From Thecamonas trahens ATCC 50062 (taxonomy: Eukaryota; Protista; Apusomonadida): DNA of 64,000 nucleotides. The position numbers and the translations under genes are program-made. Location: contig NW_013657627.1 of the NCBI RefSeq assembly GCF_000142905.1, positions 162,204 to 226,203 on the forward strand, in the 5' to 3' direction. The notes beneath the pieces were generated by a model. That model had not been told where the DNA came from. It worked only from the letters and a program-made list of their open reading frames with translations, and ran no database searches. Below, in pieces: positions 11,258 through 20,791 of the stretch (within the stretch, counting starts at the first letter, position 1; each line of letters starts with the position of its first letter).

Positions 11258-14200
11258 GGTAGCGCGCAACTTGGCGAGCTTCGCCCGCATCTGGTCCATC
11301 TCGGCCTGGAAGCTGATGCTCACCCGCAGCGCGGCGGTGGCCCTGTCGCGGGCGTCGCGTTCAAGCTCGGCAACCCGCGCGCGGAGCGTCTCGAGCTCAG
11401 CCTGCGCCGCAGCGTTGGCGTTTTGGACGCTGCTCTGCGGCGAGGGCGGCAAGTCCGCCATCGAGACCATTAGCGACTGCCACCGCGCGCCAGTGGTGGC
11501 GCCGGCGCGGACTGCCGGTGTGGCCTTGCCCTCGGGGCGCCCGAGCCCGAGAATGTGGAAGATCCTCCAGTTGCGCGCCCGGATCGACGGGACGAGCCGC
11601 AGAAACGGAAGGATGGCGACAAGGCCGTAGATGGCAAACGTGGCGAGCGCGTTGTACACCGCCACGTTGTTGAGCACCTCGGGTATGCCCTCGAGCTTGT
11701 ACTCGCTTGCCGACGACGCCTGATACACCCGCAGCGCCGACTGGGTGACAAGGAACGAGAAAATGACCGAGCAGAGGCCCACAATCTCCGCCAAGTTGCC
11801 GAGTGACGTCGAGTACGGCGCGTACCAGCCCTGGATGGCGAGTGAAATGGTGAGCACTACCGTGACCCCGATCGACGAGAGCGACGCTGTTGCCGAGCCC
11901 GCTACCGCCAGCGCAAGCAGCGCTCGACGCACGGTCAGCACCTTCTCGAACCACCACGCTCCTCGGCGGAACGACTCGAACAGAATCGAGTACTGCAGCC
12001 GCACCGCGCCATGCCGCAGCTCACCGCCGCGATGGTGCGCGTTGAGCAGGTGGAAGACCCACACAAAGCCGGCCACGTACACCACCATCAGCAGCGAGCC
12101 CGGAATGTACATTGAAAAGTACTCGTGCGAGTTAAAGCATCGGATCCACGGAACAGTCGTCATGTAGCTGATCGACTGCTGCTTGCCCTGCTCCAGCGGC
12201 GTGTTGTCGCGCGAGCACGCGTACAGCTCAAAGTACGTCGACATGACCGGGAAGAACATGATGTACCCGGTGAGGACCACAACTGCAAACAGAACCTGTC
12301 CGGCGGTCCTAACACGGACCGCAAAGAGCTTGTGCGCCACAGCCACGCGGACTGCCCCGTCGTCCGAGCTCTTGACCGATGCCACCATTCGGATCTTGCA
12401 CAACCACTGGTACACCACCCAGACCCCAAATAGAACCGAGATCGCAACCACAAGGCCGAGTGGGAGGAGCATGACAATAAGAAACATATCCTGGTATGTC
12501 AGCGATGGATGCTGGCACACCAGCGGCGCCACAGACACCAGCAGCTTGTTGAGCGCCACAATGAACGAGCCCCACTTTGGCCAGACCACAAGTCCATTGG
12601 TTACCGCCGCAAGCGTCTGAAAGTAGACCACGAACGACTTGAAGACGCCTGACGCGACGGCAAGCGCCTCGCGCACGTCGCGCACCGGAGTCTCGCCCAG
12701 AAACCCGCCCACGGCATCGCGGTCGTCCTGACCGTCAGAGTGCGCGCGCGCGAGCAGCGCAGTTCGCTCGTTGCGGCCGTCACCACGCCCACTCCCGCCC
12801 TCGTCCGGCGGCAGCGACTTTCGCAGCAGCGAGTACACGACATAGTACGTCGTCGCAAAGAGTGCAAGCATTGTCTCTACCCACGATGGCTCCACAAAGG
12901 CGACTGCCACGCAGAAAGAGACATAGAGCGAGGTAACCTGGATGAGCTCGCCACGATACGCGGTCAGAAACTCGCGCAACGTCCGCTGCTCGTGAAAGTG
13001 CTCCCGGATCCGCTGCATCTGTGGCGACGGGTCCCGAGTCCGGATGAGGATGGCCAGGCCCATAAAGATGAAGAAGAAGATCAAGCCAAAGACTAGCGTC
13101 CATGGCGACGAGATGAGCCCTGTACACTGCCGGCAGCCGACAGCAGTCCGGAAAAAGCCGGTCTCGCACTTGCCGCACAGCCGCTCCGAGTGGCCCCACC
13201 GACAGACCTCATCCACAGGCTTGCATGAAAACTTGGACAGCGTCTCCCCGTTCTCGCCTCTCACAATGTTTGGCGTGCACTCGAGCCGACCCGCAGGATT
13301 GCACGCAATCTGATCAGCTGGCACAGGCAGCGAGGTACATCGGATGAGCAACACCGCCGCGTCGGCACTCGGCGACGGCCAGTAGCCCTTGGAGACCACC
13401 ACCGCCGTCGACGCCACCGACACTGTCTCGTTTGCACTCGGCGCGTGCACAATGCACTCTTTTTCGTCGTCGCAGTACGTGGCAAGCGAGTGGCAGCCGC
13501 TGCCGTCCGCCTGCACCTTGCCCCAGAACCGCGGCGAGCACCGGCAGAGCGTCCGGTGGTAGTAAGTCGCGTCCACGTGGATCTGCGCCCGCGAGTGCGG
13601 CGCAGTCAGGCCCGGGCACACAAAGTTGCCGTCGACTGTCCCCTGCACAACCGTCGTCCAGTCCGGCTGCAGAAACGTTGGCAACTCCGCGCCTAACTTC
13701 ATCTGCATGTCCATGCCACGCAAGCCGAGAAACTGCAAGTTCGTCTCCAGCGCCGGCCCGTACACTGCCGGCAGGCTTCCGCTAAGCGCGTTGTTGCTCA
13801 GATCCAAAAACTCGAGCGAGAACGGAAGCGTAAACGAAAAGAACGTTGTCGACTGCGGCAGCGGCCCGCCCAGATTGTTGCCCTGGAGGTCCAGGTGTGA
13901 GATGCCTGGAAATACTTCGAAAATCGTCGGCATGAGTGAGCCAGAGAGTCCGATCTGCGCCAGTGCAAGCGTTTTGAGCCTCGCATACCCGGTTTGCAAG
14001 CCCTGTACACATGAGAGCAGCGCAGATTCCACACCAATGTCCGAGGCAATGAGCATGGACAAGATGTCACCCATGCGAAGCCGCCTACCCCCGCTCAGCG
14101 GTCGTATCGGGTTGCCACTCACATCCAGAAACGTCATCAGCGAGGTATACGCACACTGCGTCACCTTGTTGTCCTCGACGACCACGTCGAGGTAGACCAA

Positions 14201-15697
14201 GGGCGGAAGCCATGTGAGTCTGTTGCCCCGGAGCGACACTTGTCGAAGCTTTGGTATCGTGTACAGCGTCATGGAGCGGTCAATGGCGGTAAACTCATTG
14301 TCGGCGAGGTTAAGGAGCTCCAGCTGGCCCATATTACCGATCTCGGCCGGAATCGTCCCGAACAACTTGTTGTCGCTCAGCACCAGCTCGGACAAGTTGC
14401 TTGCCAACCCCACAGCGGCTGGAATAGTGCCGTAAAACCTATTACTGGCCAAGTTGAGCCTTGCGAGCTTGCTGTAGGCTGGAAAGAGGACGTCAACGCC
14501 GCCAGAGAGCATGTTGCCCGCCAGCGTGATGTTAACCGGAAAGTACGAGGACGCGACGTAGCCGATCGTTGGCGGCAGCGTGCCCTCCAGCTGGTTGTGC
14601 GACAAGTCGAGTGAGACGTAGTACTGGTACGGGAGAAAGGCGTCCGGAATGCTCCCGTTCAGCTTGTTCTGTGAGAGGTCCAGGAGCGCAAACTTGCGCG
14701 CAAAGAGCGACGGCGGTATCGTTCCCTCGAGCGCGTTGCAGCGCAGCACGAGGCTGGTGAGATTGCCAGCATGCGAGAGCCACTCGGGAATGGTCCCGGT
14801 CAGCGTATTGTCACTAAGGATTAGACTAAACACCGAGCCCGTCAACGCGGCGGCCTCGTCCGGGATCGGTCCAACGAGGTTGACTGCCGCAAGGGCGAGT
14901 ACCTGTAGTTGCTTCATCGAGGCCAGAAACAGCGGCAGCGGCTGAGGCTCGAGGTTCAAGTTACTAAGGTAGAGCTGAAGCAGTGCAGGCATCGACGCCA
15001 GGCACTGGGGTAGTGTCCCGGTGATGTTCTCGTTGAGTACAGCCAGCGTCACCAGATGCGGCATCTGGCAGAGCGAGTCCTCAATCAGCTGCAGCTTCCC
15101 GTTGAGGTTGTTGTCCGAGAACAATACGTTCTCCACCACACCTACCGTAGCGTTTGGCCCGTCGTATGCACACTCCAACCCGTACCACGCCCGACACGGC
15201 GAGGTGCCTGGAATGCAGCACGGGTCGCGGCCCTCCAGCCATCCGTACGATAGCGCCCACTCTGGCCCGCCAAAGTCGTAAAAGAACCGCTGCAACAGCT
15301 CGTATGAGCCGCCTGCCTCTCCGCCGACCACTCCCGCCGCTCTCGCCTGTCTCCGTCCAGCTGCCCGAGCCTCCTCCAAAGCCGCCGCCTGCATCGCCGA
15401 CACCTGCGCCTCGCGCACGCGCATGTGCGCCTCGACCTCAGCCGCATGCACCCGCCGCCCCGCCTCGTCCTCGGCGGACCAGCCCTCGCCCGACCCAGCA
15501 TACACTGGCCACACCCCGGTGTCGGCCTGTCCTACCCAGCCGCCTTTGGCCGCGCCTGTGTCCCCCGTCACGCCTTTACCGGCCACCACCACCGCCAGCG
15601 CCACACTCACCACCACCCCCACCAAACTCACCACCCCCACCACGCCACCCGCCCCGCCCACGCCTCTTCTCCTGCTCCCTCCTCCTGCCGCCGGCAT
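11195..15697 (-). CDS. LRR + Cys-rich + multi-pass membrane receptor-like protein (paralog A)
   Basis: Hydrophobic N-terminal segment, LRR N-cap (GPEW..GW..DPCC..WYGLEC), plant-type LRRs (NxLxGxIP), Cys-rich region (CRC, LCGKC), about 10 TM segments with YSILFESFR..WWFE, C-terminal coiled coil. ATG placed at 15697. Confidence 0.85.
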   Translation of the reverse strand: MPAAGGGSRRRGVGGAGGVVGVVSLVGVVVSVALAVVVAGKGVTGDTGAAKGGWVGQADTGVWPVYAGSGEGWSAEDEAGRRVHAAEVEAHMRVREAQVSAMQAAALEEARAAGRRQARAAGVVGGEAGGSYELLQRFFYDFGGPEWALSYGWLEGRDPCCIPGTSPCRAWYGLECAYDGPNATVGVVENVLFSDNNLNGKLQLIEDSLCQMPHLVTLAVLNENITGTLPQCLASMPALLQLYLSNLNLEPQPLPLFLASMKQLQVLALAAVNLVGPIPDEAAALTGSVFSLILSDNTLTGTIPEWLSHAGNLTSLVLRCNALEGTIPPSLFARKFALLDLSQNKLNGSIPDAFLPYQYYVSLDLSHNQLEGTLPPTIGYVASSYFPVNITLAGNMLSGGVDVLFPAYSKLARLNLASNRFYGTIPAAVGLASNLSELVLSDNKLFGTIPAEIGNMGQLELLNLADNEFTAIDRSMTLYTIPKLRQVSLRGNRLTWLPPLVYLDVVVEDNKVTQCAYTSLMTFLDVSGNPIRPLSGGRRLRMGDILSMLIASDIGVESALLSCVQGLQTGYARLKTLALAQIGLSGSLMPTIFEVFPGISHLDLQGNNLGGPLPQSTTFFSFTLPFSLEFLDLSNNALSGSLPAVYGPALETNLQFLGLRGMDMQMKLGAELPTFLQPDWTTVVQGTVDGNFVCPGLTAPHSRAQIHVDATYYHRTLCRCSPRFWGKVQADGSGCHSLATYCDDEKECIVHAPSANETVSVASTAVVVSKGYWPSPSADAAVLLIRCTSLPVPADQIACNPAGRLECTPNIVRGENGETLSKFSCKPVDEVCRWGHSERLCGKCETGFFRTAVGCRQCTGLISSPWTLVFGLIFFFIFMGLAILIRTRDPSPQMQRIREHFHEQRTLREFLTAYRGELIQVTSLYVSFCVAVAFVEPSWVETMLALFATTYYVVYSLLRKSLPPDEGGSGRGDGRNERTALLARAHSDGQDDRDAVGGFLGETPVRDVREALAVASGVFKSFVVYFQTLAAVTNGLVVWPKWGSFIVALNKLLVSVAPLVCQHPSLTYQDMFLIVMLLPLGLVVAISVLFGVWVVYQWLCKIRMVASVKSSDDGAVRVAVAHKLFAVRVRTAGQVLFAVVVLTGYIMFFPVMSTYFELYACSRDNTPLEQGKQQSISYMTTVPWIRCFNSHEYFSMYIPGSLLMVVYVAGFVWVFHLLNAHHRGGELRHGAVRLQYSILFESFRRGAWWFEKVLTVRRALLALAVAGSATASLSSIGVTVVLTISLAIQGWYAPYSTSLGNLAEIVGLCSVIFSFLVTQSALRVYQASSASEYKLEGIPEVLNNVAVYNALATFAIYGLVAILPFLRLVPSIRARNWRIFHILGLGRPEGKATPAVRAGATTGARWQSLMVSMADLPPSPQSSVQNANAAAQAELETLRARVAELERDARDRATAALRVSISFQAEMDQMRAKLAKLRATSGASAEELVCNGGGEDREAS

Positions 15698-15926
15698 CCA
15701 GATCCAGGCCGCCAAGTACGACAAGTGCACCACCTACCACCGTCCCGTCCTACCGCCGCCCCGTCCTGCCGCCGCCCCGTCCCCGGCCACCCGTCCTTGC
15801 CGTCCCGTGCCTGGTGCCGGGTGATCACGTGTGGCCGCACCTCACCCACCACCACCACCACCACCACCACCACCACCACCACCACCACCACCACCACCAC
15901 ACTCTCCCTCCTCCTCCTCCCCTCCC
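15698..15926. promoter_or_regulatory. Putative bidirectional promoter of the LRR receptor pair with central E-box ATCACGTG (15824..15831) and a (CAC)n tract
   Basis: 229 bp between divergent ATGs; palindromic CACGTG near the midpoint; CAC repeat ~15846..15900. Confidence 0.5.
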
Positions 15927-18900
15927 ATGCCATCCCCCCTTCCCCTCCCCCTCCTCCTCGTCACATTGGCCCTCACCGTGGCCCTCGCCGTAGCCACGCC
16001 CGCCCGCAAGCCCCCGCTCCCACCACACCTCGCCCACGCCGCGCCGCACCTTGCTACTGCTGCTGCTGCTGCTACTGCTGCTACTGCTGCCACGCCTCGC
16101 CATGCTGTCCGCGCCGTGTCGGCAGGCCCACGGTCTGCGGCGCCACCACCGCCTGGTCCGGACTCTCTTTGCTATGACGACGTCGTGGTCGTCCCGCCGC
16201 CGCCTGAGTGGCGCAACGTGACGTCGCTGGACTCGCGCGCGGCGCTGCTGCGGCTGTACGCCGAGCTCGACGGGCCGAACTGGTACGACAACTCGGGGTG
16301 GAACCAGCCGGACTCGGACCCATGCTGCTACCTCATTGCCGACGGCAGCTGTGTCTCGTGGTTTGGTGTACAGTGCTACAACATCACCATCCTCGCACCC
16401 AATCTCAAGTACGATCCGCCGTTTGTGGTCGACGGCATCTTCATCAACGCCAACGGGCTCAAGGGCGAGCTGACTTCCACCATCTGCGAGATCTCGTGGT
16501 TCCTCAACGAGCTGGCACTCGTCGACATGCCCATCACCGGCAGCCTCCCGTCGTGCATCGCCCACTTGCCCAACCTGCACTTCCTCTACGTCTCGAGTCT
16601 CCACTTTGACCCGGCCCCGCTCCCGCCCTGGATCGGTAGTATGCACCTGATCGGCCTCTCGCTCGCGTCCAACAGCTTTTACGGGCCTATTCCTCACGAG
16701 TACGAAGCGCTTGCCCAGACTGCACTCAACGTGTTTGACCTCTCAGGCAACAACATCAACGGGACTTTGCCGGCATGGATTGATGACCTCCGCTGCGTCT
16801 CACTCATCTCGCTCCGCTCCAATGATCTCACTGGCGGCATCCGCGGCGGCATCTTTCGTGCTCCGTTCATTGCGCTTGTCGACTTTTCGCAGAACATGCT
16901 CACGGGGACGGTGCCCGACACCTTTTCGGCCACCTCATTTCTCGGCACGCTTGATCTCTCGTTCAACTCGCTCAACGGATCCATCCCACCGTCGCTCGGC
17001 GTTGCACTCCAGGCCACGGCGATGAATGTGACTCTCACCGAGAACAACCTTGTCTCGGGTCTGGACGTCCTGTTCTTGCCCGGCTCGCGAGCAGTCACTA
17101 TCGACGTCTCGGCCAACGACCTCCGCGGCTCGCTGCCGCACCACATGGACAACGCCGTCAACCTGACTTCGCTCATTCTGCGAGCCAACGCGCTCAATGG
17201 CACCATCCCTTCCTGTCTAGGCAAGCTGCACAAGCTCCGTGTCCTCGACCTTTCCGACAATGTGTTCTCGGCCATTGATCCAAACTGGCGCATCTACGAC
17301 ATGAACTCGCTCGATTTTCTCTCGCTCCGGCACAACATGCTCTCCACCGCCCCGCCACTTTTCTTTCTCAACGCTGGGCGCGACGCAAATGGCAACCTAT
17401 TTTGCTCGTGGGTCTCGCCGCTCACCTTTGTCGACCTCTCGTCCAACCCGTTCTCCACTTTCGGCGCTCCGAGCCCGGTCTCCACTCGCGGCGGGGAGTG
17501 GCAGGCCGTCTGGGACGATGCGGTGGCTGTCCGCGGCGTCGGCGCGCTCCCGCATGTCATGGGCGCTGCCGAGCCGTTCATCACAGCCTCGCGGCACAAC
17601 GGTATGTACACCATTTCCGAGCTCTTCCAAAGCCTCGTTGTCTCGTCGCTCCCCAACTCGCAGACACTAGTCTCTTGCATCCTCACTGCCGGCGCAGTCA
17701 ACAACCGCCTGCAGACTCTGGTCCTCTCTGACCTCGGTATCGAGGGCGAGTTGCCGTCGCTCCTCTTCTCGGCCTTTCCCTCGCTCTCGCATCTCGACCT
17801 CTCGCACAACCGCATTTCGTCCAAGCTCCCGTCGTCGTCGGTCGTCTATCCGTTCTACCTCCCATACCCGCTCGAGTACCTCAATCTGGCGAACAACAGC
17901 CTGACGGGCGACATTCCCCTCATCTTTGGCCTTGCGCTAGAGTCGAACCTGCGCTACTTTTCGCTGGTCAACAACAACATGACCGCCGAGTCGGGTCAAC
18001 TCCCGTCGTTCCTTGTCCCGACCTATGACTCCCAGCTCGACTTTACCGACCAGCACTACTACTGCCCGTCGATCCAGGATCAGAACCTTCGGTCAACGGT
18101 TCTCGTCGACCCAACATACTATCGGCGGTCGCTCTGCCGCTGCGCCCAAGGTTACTTTGGTCGCGTTTTAGAGGATGGCAGCGGGTGCAAACCGACGTAC
18201 TCATACTGTCAGAACTCGCGTGAGTGTGTCCTTCGCAGCAACGCCGCCTTTTCCAACGTTGTGGCGCCGCTCCGTGGCTACTGGCCGGCGCCCGCGCTTG
18301 ACAACGCCACACTCTTTATCCGTTGCTCCGACGTGCCGCAGCTCGATGACACCATTGCGTGCAACCCGCTCGGACCCAACGACCAGCGGAGCGCCCTTGA
18401 TGAGTTTGCCAAAGGCGTGCAGTGCAAGCCGCGGCCCGACGGCCCGGGCCTCTCGTGCAGCCCGCCTACAAGCGTCTGCCGACCGGGCTCCGAGGGCCGG
18501 CTCTGCTCGGTCTGCTCCGACGACTACTACATGTCTCCCCAGGGCTGCATCCCGTGCCCGCTCAGCCACCAGTCACTGGGGTGGACGGTCATTTCGATCC
18601 TGGCCACCTTGATTGTGGTTGTCGTTGCCCTCCAGCTCCGTTCCCAAGAGACTTCCGGCCATCGCCTCAAACTTCGCAGGCAGTTCCATGAGGCACGGTC
18701 GATCCGCGGCTTCTTCTCGACTTTTTGGCCCGAAATGACGCAGGTCTTTCTCCTCTGGGTATTGATTCCGGTTGCACTCACGCCGTACGACCTCGACGGC
18801 AACGCGTCAGCGTTCATCTACTCGAGTGTCTTTTTCTACATGATATACTCGCTCCTGCGCAAGTCAATTCCGCTCGATCGCGCCGCGCGGCATGCCGCCG

Positions 18901-20507
18901 AGCGTGAGACCCGCACACGCTCGAGCGACATGCGGGCCCCGCTTCTCGGCTCGCTCAACGCGCCACGTGCAGGCGGTTCGGCCCGCTCGTCGGCGGCGGA
19001 CCCGAACAAGTCCATGGGTGGTTTCCTCGGCGACACGCCTGTCCGCGACGTCCAGCAAGTTCTCGCCGTCAGTCAAGGTCTCTTCAAGAGCTTTCTTGTC
19101 TTCTTCCAGACGCTGGCGGTCATTACCGGGACTGTTCTCCCGCCGACGGAAACGCTCTCGTACCTGGTCGAGTTCAACAACCTCGTCATCACCTCGCTCC
19201 GCAACAAGTGCCGCTTTCCGTCGTTCCACTACCAGTCTGGCTTTGCCGTCATCATGTGGGTGCCGGTTGTCGTCGCCATCCTCCTCCTCATCGCGCGATG
19301 CGTCTCGTCGCTCTGGTTTGCAGTGGGCAAGCTTCGTGAGGCCTGGTCAGCCCGCGGCTCGACCGACGCGTCGACCCGCCGGAACGTCGCGTCGGCGCGG
19401 CAGGCGATGCGGGCAAGTGCCATGGGTCAGACCCTTTTCTCCACTGGTGTCCTCACCTTGTACATCCTCTACTTTCCGCTCCTGGTCTCGTACTTCTCGC
19501 TGTTTTCATGCTCGTCCGACCCTCTTACTGGTGTGAGCTACCTCCGCGCCGCGCCGTACATTCGCTGCTGGGGTGGTGACGTCTGGTTGAGTATGATCAT
19601 TGTGGGAAGCACGCTTATGGGCGTTTACACCCTCGCCCTGTTTGCCATCTTCGGCCGCTTCCAGCGCCACAAGCGCCTCGGCCGCCTCAACCACATCGAC
19701 GTCCGCACCAAGTACTCGATCCTGTACGACTCGTACCGGCCAGGCGCCGCCGGCTTTGAACTCATTCTCACCGCCCGCCGCATTGCCATTGCTGCCGTCG
19801 TAGGTGTTGCACCGGTCACCTCGGCGTTCACCGCCGTCAACGTCGTTTTCATTCTTGCCGGTGCCCTCGGCATCCAAGGCTGGCTCGCGCCGTTCAACAC
19901 CTCGCTCGGCAACCTGATGGAGACCATTTCGCTTGTTGCTCTCCTCTGCATCTACATTCTCTCGCGCTCCATTCTGCGCCTCTTCTCGTCGAACGATACT
20001 GCAGCTGTTGACCTTGACGGCAACGTGGAGGTCAACACCCTTGTGTCTCTTGTCCAGTCGCTCTCGTTCTTCACCATCCTCCTGTACTGGTTCTTTGGCA
20101 CGCTGCCCTTCCTCCGACTCATTCCCTTTATTCGCAAGCGCAACCTGCGCATCATGCGCCGCCTCGGCCTCGGCGTCCACTATGACTCGAACGCTGCGTC
20201 GCCAGCGCTCCGTTCCGGCGCCACTGTCGTCGGCGCAGGCATCCGTAACTCGTACCACGCCGCCACCGACGAAGCTGCCAGCAGCGAGCTTGGTGACGTC
20301 AACGGCATGCCTGTTGTCGTGGCCAAGTCTGCTGTGGACACCGAGCGTATCCGAGAACTTGAAGCCGCGCTCGATGCAGAGCGCAAGGCTGCCTTTAAGC
20401 GCGCCATTCACCATGAGGCCGAGCTAACTGTACTTCGCAATCGCCTCGCCCAAGCTGATGTTGGTGCTGTCGACAGCGACGGCGCGGCTGCCAGCAGCAG
20501 TGTCTGA
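15927..20507 (+). CDS. LRR + Cys-rich + multi-pass membrane receptor-like protein (paralog B)
   Basis: Signal peptide MPSPLPLPLLLVTLALTVALAVA, N-cap GPNW..GW..DPCC..WFGVQC, LRRs, CRC/LCSVC Cys-rich region, about 10 TMs, C-terminal coiled coil; colinear with paralog A. Confidence 0.88.
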   Translation: MPSPLPLPLLLVTLALTVALAVATPARKPPLPPHLAHAAPHLATAAAAATAATAATPRHAVRAVSAGPRSAAPPPPGPDSLCYDDVVVVPPPPEWRNVTSLDSRAALLRLYAELDGPNWYDNSGWNQPDSDPCCYLIADGSCVSWFGVQCYNITILAPNLKYDPPFVVDGIFINANGLKGELTSTICEISWFLNELALVDMPITGSLPSCIAHLPNLHFLYVSSLHFDPAPLPPWIGSMHLIGLSLASNSFYGPIPHEYEALAQTALNVFDLSGNNINGTLPAWIDDLRCVSLISLRSNDLTGGIRGGIFRAPFIALVDFSQNMLTGTVPDTFSATSFLGTLDLSFNSLNGSIPPSLGVALQATAMNVTLTENNLVSGLDVLFLPGSRAVTIDVSANDLRGSLPHHMDNAVNLTSLILRANALNGTIPSCLGKLHKLRVLDLSDNVFSAIDPNWRIYDMNSLDFLSLRHNMLSTAPPLFFLNAGRDANGNLFCSWVSPLTFVDLSSNPFSTFGAPSPVSTRGGEWQAVWDDAVAVRGVGALPHVMGAAEPFITASRHNGMYTISELFQSLVVSSLPNSQTLVSCILTAGAVNNRLQTLVLSDLGIEGELPSLLFSAFPSLSHLDLSHNRISSKLPSSSVVYPFYLPYPLEYLNLANNSLTGDIPLIFGLALESNLRYFSLVNNNMTAESGQLPSFLVPTYDSQLDFTDQHYYCPSIQDQNLRSTVLVDPTYYRRSLCRCAQGYFGRVLEDGSGCKPTYSYCQNSRECVLRSNAAFSNVVAPLRGYWPAPALDNATLFIRCSDVPQLDDTIACNPLGPNDQRSALDEFAKGVQCKPRPDGPGLSCSPPTSVCRPGSEGRLCSVCSDDYYMSPQGCIPCPLSHQSLGWTVISILATLIVVVVALQLRSQETSGHRLKLRRQFHEARSIRGFFSTFWPEMTQVFLLWVLIPVALTPYDLDGNASAFIYSSVFFYMIYSLLRKSIPLDRAARHAAERETRTRSSDMRAPLLGSLNAPRAGGSARSSAADPNKSMGGFLGDTPVRDVQQVLAVSQGLFKSFLVFFQTLAVITGTVLPPTETLSYLVEFNNLVITSLRNKCRFPSFHYQSGFAVIMWVPVVVAILLLIARCVSSLWFAVGKLREAWSARGSTDASTRRNVASARQAMRASAMGQTLFSTGVLTLYILYFPLLVSYFSLFSCSSDPLTGVSYLRAAPYIRCWGGDVWLSMIIVGSTLMGVYTLALFAIFGRFQRHKRLGRLNHIDVRTKYSILYDSYRPGAAGFELILTARRIAIAAVVGVAPVTSAFTAVNVVFILAGALGIQGWLAPFNTSLGNLMETISLVALLCIYILSRSILRLFSSNDTAAVDLDGNVEVNTLVSLVQSLSFFTILLYWFFGTLPFLRLIPFIRKRNLRIMRRLGLGVHYDSNAASPALRSGATVVGAGIRNSYHAATDEAASSELGDVNGMPVVVAKSAVDTERIRELEAALDAERKAAFKRAIHHEAELTVLRNRLAQADVGAVDSDGAAASSSV

Positions 20508-20519
20508 TGCGGCGCCGTA

Positions 20520-20752
20520 GTTGTAGAATACCGAGAGCTCCAAGTCGTGGAGTGAGGCAACGACAAGATCGATGAGCGTGTCGCCGTCCATGTCTGCAGC
20601 AATGACGCTCTGCGGAAACTTGGTGGCGAGTAAAATGGTCTCTGCAGTCACAAAGGTGCCCGGTATGGCGAGCGCGCGGAACCAGCCGAGCTTGTTGTTC
20701 CACGGCGAGATGGTGACAAGATCGAGGCGGCCGTCAGCGTCGAGGTCGGCTT
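20520..20752 (-). pseudogene. Isolated FG-GAP/VCBS repeat fragment (two repeats)
   Basis: ADLDADGRLDLV..WF and AADMDGDTLIDLVVAS..VFYN in ORF 20424..20789. No ATG or signal peptide upstream of the repeats, and the frame runs into the antisense of the LRR gene. Confidence 0.55.
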
Positions 20753-20791
20753 CTCGGTGGCGTGAACCCGTGGACGGTGATGTGCTCAAAC

